DNA of 64,000 nucleotides from Oculina patagonica (Eukaryota): NCBI RefSeq assembly GCF_052425735.1, contig NC_135771.1, positions 9,672,001 to 9,736,000 of the forward strand, read 5' to 3'. Shown piece by piece: positions 25,369 to 36,242 of this stretch (position 1 is its first letter; each line of letters starts with the position of its first letter). The notes under the pieces were generated by a model. It saw only the letters and a program-made list of their open reading frames with translations, ran no database searches and was not told where the DNA came from. The position numbers and the translations under genes were made by a program.

Positions 25369-25629
25369 TCAGTAATAGCAGGTTCTGCGATGTCCGTCAA
25401 AGGAACAAATCTGGCATTGGTATTTCACTCCATTGAAATCTGAGGGGCACCCGGTGTTACAGCACTCGCTAGAACTGCTGCATTCCTCTCCCTTCTCTTT
25501 GCAACCGCGGCGGGACAACACCCACTTTCGAAACACGTCGGGTTCATAATACTGATCGTCATCACGAGCCGACACCAGCGCAATCACACAAATGGTCAGC
25601 AGACACACCAAGAGCAAGGAGTACTTCAT
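25369..25629 (-). CDS. Secreted knottin-like peptide precursor, copy 3 (R>Q in propeptide, A>E in mature peptide)
   Basis: Intact ORF with all 8 mature Cys. About 7 nt differ from copy 1, of which 4 are synonymous. Confidence 0.9.
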   Translation of the reverse strand: MKYSLLLVCLLTICVIALVSARDDDQYYEPDVFRKWVLSRRGCKEKGEECSSSSECCNTGCPSDFNGVKYQCQICSFDGHRRTCYY

Positions 25630-27613
25630 GTCTGTTAGACAAAAAAATTGACGTAAATTATTAATAATAAGGCCAGTTAATAAAAAACAATTTACCAACA
25701 GTAAAGATTATAATCGTACAAATCGAAGTGTCCACGTTGATATGTGCGATGTCGTGTGCTGGACTAGTGCGGTAAGTCCACGTGTGTACGCGCATTAAAT
25801 CGAGGTCGATAACATGAAAACGAGGCATTTTGCTAACTCCAAAATTTCCCCTGGTATATGCTGGACACCAAGTATGTGCACAGGAAACCAAACGAAATAA
25901 GGAAAGCGTTCTCCTTCGTCGAACGTGATCAGTGTAACAGATAAATCAAATTAAACAACGCTTCACTTTGTCTATCAGTTTAACAATTATATTTGCAGCC
26001 GACAATCGGCGGGAATTTAGAAAAAAATCTTTTACGACTTCCCTTTTATTTTAACTCACCTGTGTTGCAGGACGTTTTCCGGTTTCTTCTGCAAAGGAAA
26101 GATTTGACACCACTAAGGCGAGTCGAGAATTTTGATGCTGGGTTTTACTGCTCAAATGACTCTCAAACTTTGTAGCGTCCTTACTTATACAACAAACCAT
26201 AAAGCCAGGCAACGCATTGTGATTGGTTGTAATGGAAGCCTATTGAAATCGGCATTACTCAATACCGGCGGCGGCATCCTTTCAGGGATTAATAAAACAG
26301 CGTCGAAAGATCTTTATAAAACTCGATGGTAGTTTCTTAACTCGATAATCAACCTAAAGACAACAAAAATGTATTGAACCTGCGAATGTCGCGAGCACCA
26401 ATCACTGCGATTGCCTGGCCAGGAACTCCGTAGCTAGCGGGACGTGATTAGTTTACGATTACATCTTCAAAACACTTATAGACCGACGCGAAAATGAGGA
26501 TTAACTGAATTAGGTACGGTCGTAAATAAACTAATTAAAGTACTAGTGTTTTTACGACCCGCCTTGTCTGATCTTTGTGTCGCACCATGTAAAGGAATCG
26601 AAGAGAGTCTTGTATTGGACATTACGGATTTCCCACCGTTTTTCCGGATTTCAACGACTGGATTTCGGATTCCATGTCTGTGGATTGGGGATTCTAAACT
26701 TTGCGAAATTCGGGATTCCAAAACTTTTTCGCTCTTTTCTTTTTATTGTTTATTAGTACTTCACGGGAGATGTGTTGGCCTAATAGTCTTGTCATGAATG
26801 AATTCTTTGAACGAATTTTGAAATGAACTGATGTATGACCAATACAGAGAATTAATGACTTGCCTTTTGTTTAATAAGTTTGCAAGAACAATGAATAAAG
26901 AAGCACTGTATTTTCAGGGATTAATTAAACCAAGTTGAAAAATCTTTATAAAACTCAATGGTAGTTTATAGTTAGTTTCTTGACTCAACAATCAAGTTAA
27001 AGGACAGGAAAAATGTATTGAACCTGCGGATGCTCCGAGCACCAATCACTGTAATTACCTGGTCAGGAACTGCGTAGCCAGCGGAACGTGACCAGTTTAC
27101 GATGACATCTTCAAAACACTTATAGACCGACGCGAAAATGAGGATTAACTGAATTAGGTACGGTCGTAAACAAACTAATTGAAGTGTTTTTACGACCCGC
27201 CTTTTCTGATCTTTGTGTCGCACAATGTAAAGGAATCCAAGAGAGTCTTGTATTGGCGGATAATACAGATCAGATTCCCCACCGTGGTTTCCGGATTTCA
27301 ACGACTGGATTCCGGATTCCATGTCTGTGGATTGGGGATTCTAAACTTTGCGAAATTCGGGATTCCAAAACTTTTTCGCTCTTTTCTTTTTATTGTTTAT
27401 TAGTATTTCATGGGAGACGTGGAGGCCTTATAATCTTGTCATGAATGAATTCTTTGAACGAATTTTGAAATGAACTGATGTATGACCAATACAGAGAATT
27501 AATGACTTGCCTTTTGTTTAATAAGCTTGCTAGAACAATGAATAAATCTTCTTGATTGTTCTTTCGACATTCACCCTAACGACAACCAATATTAGCGTTA
27601 GGGTCGAGCAATA

Positions 27614-27877
27614 GGAGGAGGCAGCGTGGCCGAGTGGTTAGAGCGTCGGACTTGTAATCCGAAGGTCGCGGGTTCAAGTCCCGTTCTGACCACTAGCTGG
27701 GTTGTTCTCGGTAGTCCCGAGTTCAACTCCTCGGCTGCGTTTGTAAATAGCCAACTGGTCTGCCTCCTGCCAGTTGGGGTTTTTAACCATGTTATGTTCA
27801 TTTACAATATTTGTTTCACATTGGCCCTTAAAAACCCCATTGGGGGAGTGGTCATTTAAGTATATTATATTATTATT
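27614..27877 (+). mobile_element. Full-length tRNA-derived SINE, unit D only
   Basis: A box TGGCCGAGTGG, B box GGTTCAAGTCC, ~190-bp body and TAT-repeat tail. Empty site GAGCAATATGTCTG in A, B and C. Confidence 0.88.
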
Positions 27878-28266
27878 ATGTCTGCCCTTTGTGAACTTCG
27901 TGTGTCTTTTTCGCTTTAGTAAAAGAAAGAAGGAACAAAACATAATGCAGCCAATAAACACATCAAGCATATGGTAATGATCTACTATTAGTGGGTTTAG
28001 TAGAAATACAAAGGAGACCAGTTTTGATCACAGACCGAACATGCAACAGCCTTTGTTCTTGCTCAAGACGATCATTTTCTTGTCGATCAAAATGAAAGCG
28101 TTCTATTTGCGTATGATATAGGTTCTTACTGACAGCGCATTTACAAAGCTCAATGCACTTCACAATTAGAATTATGGAATGAGACCGGACATCAGTATAT
28201 CAGGCGCCTTTGGCAGCCGCTACCCGTCCATGCGTATATGATCTCGTCCCACCAGGTCCACCCAAA

Positions 28267-28691
28267 GCCGGGGGGGGGGGGGGGGGGCTACTCAAAAAAG
28301 GTTTTATACGGGGAGGCTCCGCCCCAAGTTCTAACCCCTTACCCTTTTATATACCATTTTTGACAGAAATTGTACCCCTTTCGTATACCTTTCACTGAAA
28401 AAGGTGCCCCTTTCATATACCTAAAAGACATGGCGTGGACTTAAAATAGGACGTTTTCTTGTCATTTTTATGTAGCGCTTAATAAATTTAATTAATACAG
28501 CCATAAATAACCTCTGTTCGAAATATTTTAATTAAAGGCCCTTTTAAATAGCCAAATGGCAGATTTACATACCTTTTCATATACTTAAACTCGTGAAATC
28601 CCTACCCTTTTATATACCTGAAGCATGAAAAAGGTACCCCTTTCGGGCGGAGCCTCCCCGTATAGGCCATTATAGGGAGTACCCCCCGGGC
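28267..28691. mobile_element. Same MITE at the same site in unit D
   Basis: Near-identical to 1518-1938 with the same ACCCAAA duplication. Confidence 0.88.
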
Positions 28692-28907
28692 ACCCAAACT
28701 ATAGATACATGTGGATAGGCCAGACCACAACACCGGGGACTCCGTGCCCGACTCTTTACGATTTGTGTGTAAGTTCTTTAACGGCCCCTGCTGATCATAA
28801 CACTGGAGATGCAGGAGACAGGGCCTATGGTTTCAGTATCGCCCTTATCCGAGAAGACTAGAACGTATAGCAATTTGCAAATGTCACTACAAAGGCAGCA
28901 CGTTCTT

Positions 28908-28943
<36 letters not shown>

Positions 28944-29989
28944 TAGATCTGGCCGGGAGTCGAACCCGAGACCTCCTGCACGACAGTCCGGCGCTCTACC
29001 AACTGAGATAACCGCTCGGCGTTGTTTATATTTTAGTCTCACTCAGTAAAAAGCAATGATTAAGCTGTAGAATCCAATCTTCGTCGTTCCTCAAAGAGAG
29101 CGCTGTCTGATAGTAGCTAGGAGTAACGAGAATAACATATTTTACTGTCATTGATCAATAAATTCTAAAAGCAGCGTACCCTGTGGCTAGAAGAATGCAA
29201 ATCGCGCAATTCCAGAGAAGCTTATTTGCAGTATAGGAATTGCAGATACTGTGCTTGGGTTTCCAGTGATGCTCGAAGCGAGTCTTAAAACTTTAACTCT
29301 TGAAACTGCTCTCACGAGCTGCAAATACCCGTATATAAACAAAAGCCTCCATTTGGCGCGAATATATGCACTGATATTTGTCCGCAGACATTTAATGGCT
29401 GCGGTCACATCTACGACTGGTGACGGTGTCCCTTTAGTCCATGAGTCCAAGTCTCAAGTTACGTGACGTCATACCTAACTATAGTTAGTGCTTTCGGTCG
29501 TCTTTGCGGTCACACCAATGCAGTTAACTATAATTAGTTCTGATAAGTTGTGAATAATTTGGTATTTAAATTAGTTCATGACAGCCCTTGTTGTTTATTT
29601 GTGTCCAGTTGTTCCTCTATTTTTTCTATTTTTGGACGGCATTTCGGCGTTGAAGAAAATAAAATGAAGTAAGGATGCTAGAAACAGAAGAATTCAAGCT
29701 TTATTTTTGCTAACATTGGTGATATGTAATTTCGTGGCATGTTGTTTTTCTTGTTTTCCTTCCCTTGTCGCTTTGTTTTGCATGTTTATGTTCATCTCGC
29801 ACGTGCGAAAAGAATTGTCGCATTCTGATTGGTTTTTCGTTTGTAAACTTAAGACTAACCCATGAACCTTGCTTGGGTATAACTATAGTTAGTGTGTATT
29901 GTTTTGGATCAGCGAGGCGTAAATTTTCTAACTATAGTAAGAGCGAACAGAGAAGCGGTCACATTAGCGAAATAGCTAACTATAGTTAA

Positions 29990-30905
29990 GGTCGCGGGGG
30001 ATGCCAACAGCATGAATAAATTCATGAAGGGAAATTTTGCTTGACCTGCATCTTTTAAAACGCTTATTTCTCGGCTGTTATGGGTGCGATTAAGCTCAAA
30101 ATTTACAGAGACATAACGAAATGATGAAAGATTGTGAATGTCATCTTTTATTTGGTAGATTGCATTTTACGGCGATGTTATAGCCTCGTTAGTGCCAAAT
30201 TGGGAAAAACATGATTTTGTGGCAGAGTTTGCGGAACGAGTAGAAGACAGCACACTGCGATTTTGTCAAAAACTAATCAGTCAATACCTCTAGAGTGTCA
30301 TAACAGAAGCAGATTTTTTAATTTAAAGTTTGCCAGCAAGTTATGGCGGTTTAAGTGTGCAAATTTGAATTTAATGTCTTCTACCTCTTTCTAAAAGCGC
30401 TCTTTTAAAATTCCGCTTCTGTTATGACACACTACAGTATTCATAGTTTACCTATCTGCAGTGGCAAGTCATGAAGTTCTGTATCCGCGCTGTATTCTCT
30501 GCCACAAAATTGTCGGAAAAGTCCAAACTTTGAGATTTCCGAAGGTGTCCCGACCTAAATACGATCATTTTGCCAAGGAGAGATGTAATTATGGTAATTA
30601 TATTCCACGCTTTTATGGTGAGAACAATGCGTTTTCAAAAAGGACACGATTGTTTATGCCGAGTCAAATTTAAATAAAAATAAGCTCAAAGACTTCCTAC
30701 AATCTATATGAACGTATATCGCTAAGTGTTGTTTTAAATTGGTTAAAATATCAAAGAAACAGGGATTTTTTACAAATCACGCGCACGCGCCCATATTTTT
30801 CTCCAGTCATAAATATCTCGTAAAGTTGTCGATGTGAGTCGTTGTACTTCGTGCATACGCTTTAAATAAATGCATAATGATGAGCCTAAGGTGTCCCCCG
30901 CGACC
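29990..30905. mobile_element. 916-bp TTAA-targeting non-autonomous DNA transposon (Kolobok-like), unit D only
   Basis: TTAA|GGTCGCGGGGGA...TCCCCCGCGACC|TTAA. Empty TAGTTAACGCC site at ~3232 and ~20977. Confidence 0.88.
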
Positions 30906-32271
30906 TTAACGCCGTCCTAACTGTCTAGATGTGACCGCAGCCATTATCTGTTCCGAGAAGCTAACAGTATTCAGAGAGCGAAACTCGAGGTAAATTGCGA
31001 TCTTTGAGGAACAGATAATGTCCAAGGACAAATATCAGTGCATATTTTTGAAGTCAAATGGAGGCTATTGTGTTTATTATCCTTCAAATATTTTTACACG
31101 AGGCCGCTAATTTTCGGGAGGTCTTTTTCAAAAGATTTTTAACATCGAAGTAATTTTGTTGTGTTTAGCTTTTTTAAAATGTTCAGTTTTATCCAATTTA
31201 GAAATTTGTTCGAGATGAAAACTAAAGGTGCAAATGTAAAACGCAAAGTTCGAAAACTGGAGAATATTACTTGGGGAATATCACATGTGGGTGATATTCC
31301 CACAGGTGAAATTCTTTGACACCCCTCTGTAACAGACCCAGTGGAATCTGAAAAAAGTCACTGGGTTGGCGAATTTCCCACTGGATCGCTTTATTTGGGC
31401 TCGTTTCTAAAGTAGGTTTATTCGACATAAGTCACAACGCACAGTCACTGGGGAAGCACAAAAATAGGCGGGTTAAATCAAAATATTCGCTGGGTACCGG
31501 GGAGACTAAATTTTCACTGGGTAGGGGAAAATAATCCACTGGGTCGGGTTCCAGTGGGTCTGTTACAGAGGGGTGTTCTTTGGGTGTTTTTAATAAAAAC
31601 AATTATTCCACTCGTGCTAGTTGGATATGATATAGGTATAGCTAACTCGGCGCTCCGTAGCTATCTACCATCTCATATCCAAGGCGCGCTCATGGACTAA
31701 AGGGACGCCGTCACCAGTTCCACTTCATCAACTTAAGATCTTAAAGACATAAGGAATCTACGAATAGTGATCCAATTTTGTTAAAAATCACCATGCAAGT
31801 GTACTGAAGCGATAAACAAATGATATTATTGTGATGCTATCAGGAACTTTAGATCTCAACTTGAAAAAGTCAGGCTGATTTTGTCAATTGCAAGTTTTGT
31901 CCTTGTGGACTGGAAAATCACCTCAAAATTATTATGTCTCCCGTCTTTCTTCAACAAAAATTTACTTTATATCTCCATCTTGATGTACAAGGTGCATTTT
32001 TTGTACGAGAAGACCTATTCACCAATTTTAGAACTTTTTACCAAAAAGCATTAAAATCCCCCTGACAGTGTCCCTTTAATTAATATTCCCCAGGTAAAAT
32101 AATTATTCATTCAAAACGCACCTTTATGCAGTTAATAAATTTAAATTTCTCCTTTGCTTATAAATAAGTTTCAAGTTGGTTTTAAAAGGCAGATTTTAAA
32201 CACTGCTAATGGAAATATTTATAGTTATGACCTAGTAGCTCATTTATCCGCATTATGACCTGTTATATATA

Positions 32272-32470
32272 AGGGGTGGTGAATGGTCCTTCAAAAACTG
32301 TGTCTCGCAAAATTTTAGCCACATTTAAGGGGTCTCGTGGTCTCGAATTATTCTTTGACGCCTTCTCGCAGTCTCGATTTCTTTTGCAAGGCCAAAGAGG
32401 TCTCGGGCTCGCAGAAAAGATATCAGTCTCGCCGTCTCGCAAAGTCTCGCATTTACCATTCGACAACCCT
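32272..32470. mobile_element. ~200-bp MITE at the end of the array, between two copies of a ~140-bp segment
   Basis: AGGGGTGGTGAATGGT...ACCATTCGACAACCCCT within a TATA context. The segment 32131-32270 is repeated at ~32491-32635. Confidence 0.7.
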
Positions 32471-35400
32471 TATATAATTAACAACTTACAACTTAATAAA
32501 TTTAAATTTCTCCTTTGCTTATAAATAAGTTTCACGTTTGTTTAAAAAGGCAGATTTTAAACACTGCTAATGGATATATTTTTAGTTATGACCTAGTAGC
32601 TCATTTATCCGCATTATGACCTGTTATGTATAATTAACAACTTACAACCGTTGGGACACGTTTCCATAAAGTGAAATCTTAATAATGGTCATGCACAAAA
32701 CAAATATTCAATTTCCACACAATTTTAGATACAGTGCAGTCAAAATCAACCAGCCAAACGTAATAACAACTTGCACTGTATACTTTATTTGCAGGCCTTG
32801 TATAAAAATACTACGTAAGATAGACAGGCTATAGATGAGTGTGACTAGAGTGATAGCACACCAACATCTTGAGAAAATAATGAATTGTTTTGATGATGAT
32901 AAAAAAAAGCTGTCACTTTCGTTATCTTTATGATATGACGGTTCAGAGTTAATTACGCATTTCTTTCACCTTCACCTTCAAAGTCGCAGTGCAAGTAGAA
33001 AGTCACGTATCGCAAGAAAAGCAATCTTTTACAGTTTGAGAAAAAAATAAATTCATTAGTTTATCATGTAGTTTGATGATTTAAAAACATGTTTTGAAAC
33101 AGTTAAATAATTTATCAACTCTATAACAACAACTTAACTAATGCGAAACTGAAAAGGTAAAAGCTTTTACTTAATGTAAACATAACACTAACTGAATTAA
33201 AATGCTCTACAACAACCTGTTAATATTTTGTGGCAAGCCTTACATGCAATTAACCGACCAGCTATACGTTAGACAGCCCACTACTTTTTCTGACAAAAAT
33301 AAATAAATAATAATTCAAATAAAAACATCATAGTTTGGTCTTGTTGAAATGCTGTTATTTTTAAACGGGCAGTATCAAGGGAATTCTTATACGTTTTGGT
33401 TTAACTATGATAGAATTGGAAAGGTGCACTCAGTGATCAACAAAAAGATCTTTGAACAACAAAGAGAGGCATAATCCATTCTCAAAGGTTTGAATAAATG
33501 GCATTAATGGCTTATAAGCGATTTTATTTTAAATAGGCAATGTCGAATTTGAAGACGTTTTAGAACACTACTGCCATATTTGCCGTAGCCAAACCACCTT
33601 TGAACAATTTTCATGATTATTACAGTACATTTTAGCAATGTCAGGCCATAATTACTAGCTTCTTATTAATACAACCAGCTTCATTGCATTTTCAAGTAGC
33701 ACTAAATTAAGGTGACACTGCAATTGCTGCATTAGTGTAAGGGTCAATTTCTTCCGGTCAAAGCAAATTCACTAAAGTTTGCTGACCAATTCTTGGTCAG
33801 CTCTCGATCTTCACTCCGGCGATCGTCACTTCGAGTGAACGCCAAAAACAAACGGTAACAAGATGAGGAACGTATTACAAAAATGTCATTACATGCGCAG
33901 TAGCACGACCGAGGGTCGTGCGACTCCAAACCGGTGGGAAAACAAAACAAGGAACCCAGCAACACTAAGGGACATTGACGTACGTCACCATAATGACGCA
34001 TTTATCTATATTGTGACATGTAGCAAGGCTTAACCAATTAGGATGCTCCAACCTGTTATAAAAAAACTAAATTATTTACATTTATCGCAAAAGCTCTTGT
34101 GGTCAGTTTAGCGGCTCTTTTTTTCCAAAAGGACGTTTTCTTGTGTGAGATTCCTCCACAGGCAGAGAAATATTTCTATTCATTGGTAAGAGATGTTTTA
34201 CTTTATAGCTAACTTTGTAGTATGTGATACTAAAAATTGTTTTGCATTGATAAATAGCCTTAAGATATCAAACAATGAATTGCTGCAGGGAAATAGTTCG
34301 ACGCAATGGTCTATTTAGCTACTTAGCGATGAGATGGTTTTCAATAGTATGCTAAATAAATGTTGAATACCGACCTATTTAATTTTGTCCAAAACTCACA
34401 AAATAAACAAATAATTGCCTCAGGAAATTAAACGAAATGGGACTAAAACAGAACCTTATCGTCCTGTTAAAACAAACTTACTAAAAAAATTTTAAGGAAA
34501 CGAGAAACACGACGGAAGTCGATTAATGGTGAGTTCATTTTGAATTAAACTATCAGTTTTATTTTTTTTTTTATCGGAAGTCGGGAGGGCATTGCAGTCA
34601 GTGGAGGCACATCAAATATAAATATATATACTAATGAGGATACTTTTCCAGTTTCAAAGGGATTATTTATTAATTTTACCATTTCTGCAAAAACAAAATA
34701 CAATTAGGAGTTTTAATTTAAATTGAGTATTCATATTCGGTTAGAATTTTTTTGTGGTATTAATTTTTCAATGGCCAACACTTCAAAAAACAAATTTATT
34801 TTAGAAATTCTTCAAAACATGCTTGAAACATTAAGTTAGTAAACCCTATGGCGTGTTTATACGTTACACGTTAGCTAAAAACAAGGCGAAACAATTTGCA
34901 ATAATGGTTAAAAATGTATCAACGGAGTCTATCAATTGAATGAGTGAATGTTCCAAATGCTGAGAGATTACTTAATTGCTGTAAAGTCTCTCTTGAAATT
35001 AAAAGGCACTTGTTGCGATTGCCTTGTTGCTTTGCGATATTTCTAGATTTTTTAACAAACAACCTACATTGGGATACCCTCTGATATGGTAATTACTCAA
35101 GCGATAATTTTCTTTAAAAAAAAATACAAATAAAAAACAAATTACAGATTAAGACCTTTACTTTTTACAACAAAAATTTAAATTTAGCTAATTGTTGAAA
35201 CCAACTTTTTTTTTGTTAACGGTTGTGATTTTTTGTCTACGGGTTCAAAATATCTTTCTGTAAAACTTTAATTTTGGCTGTAGGAAATCGTGAGTTGAAT
35301 TTGAAATATGCATAATCGTAAATGGAAAAAACATAAAGATTTAATTGCTGACGTCAATAACGACGCAGGAAGAAAAATATTTTTTTTATCGAGTGTTGTA

Positions 35401-36242
35401 AAACCAAATTTTTCTCATTTATTTTAAGCTAAAATACCTTAATTCCTAAATCATGCGAAATTTTGCTCGATTCGGGTTGCTTTTGCTCCACAAATTGCAA
35501 TTACGTGAAAAAAGCGCATTAGGAAGAAATTTGATCTGTCCTCTTAACCATTAATATGCTGAAATTATTCCCAAAAACGCGTTTTTTTTTTTTTTACCGT
35601 TAATCGATTTTCTTGGCTCTACGGTCCAAATTTTCTCTAAATTTGCTACAAATGCACTTTCTGACAATGCAGGAAGATTTTGATGTAATTACCATGTAAA
35701 AATGTACAATATTTTACTTTGGCGCGTGCGCATAAGCCAAAATTTGGACTTGTTTTTTTGCTGAACCGTTCCGATTTTTTTCCTTGCTCCTTTCCTTTTC
35801 GTTTTTCTCTGCTTTCTTATTCTCTCTATCTTTTACTCTGTGCACCCTTTCTACTGGCCTAAAAAGTTTTGACCTGAATCAATGGAAAACCCTGGAAAGG
35901 AGATAATGATCAAGTACGGGTATTTTGGCCTGTTTTAGCACCAATTTTACACCAAAAACTGATCACGTTTTATTCGATTAGTTCTGTCGGAATGCAGTCA
36001 ATATTGAAGATGGACAGTCCTATGGAAAGATCTATCCAAGCTCTATAAGATACAAATCACAAAAATCTGCTGACGTGTAAATTGGTGACGTCATAAGTGG
36101 CAGAATGGCTATTCCTCCAAATCCCGGAAAAATCCGGGCTTAGCATGTTAAGGGTTAAAACTCGCTTTTGAGTGAGTAGTAATAACCATTATACTTCAAA
36201 TATTTTTATTCCAGTCATTCTGCTGTTCTACAACGGAACGAA

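Larger units (their letters stand above)
1..32270. repeat. Tandem segmental duplication: units A (1-8734), B (8735-16850), C (16851-~26785) and truncated D (~26786-32270)
   Basis: The anchor AGACTGCGAGTCATGGCCC recurs at 39, 8735 and 16851. Near-identical ORFs recur at offsets of 8116 and 10325 bp (6928/15044/25369). D matches the first ~4.6 kb of A, then gives way to unique sequence. Confidence 0.97.

Noticed and set aside
27620-27692. tRNA-Thr(TGT)-like cloverleaf
   Set aside because: The acceptor stem pairs poorly, the sequence runs into a SINE body and TAT tail, and it is a unit-specific insertion. It is a SINE head, not a tRNA gene.
33000-36158. Possible piggyBac-like element ending AGGG|TTAA at 36154 (and a TTAA|CCCT end near 41123)
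   Set aside because: I could not find convincing partner termini or a transposase ORF, so boundaries cannot be supported.
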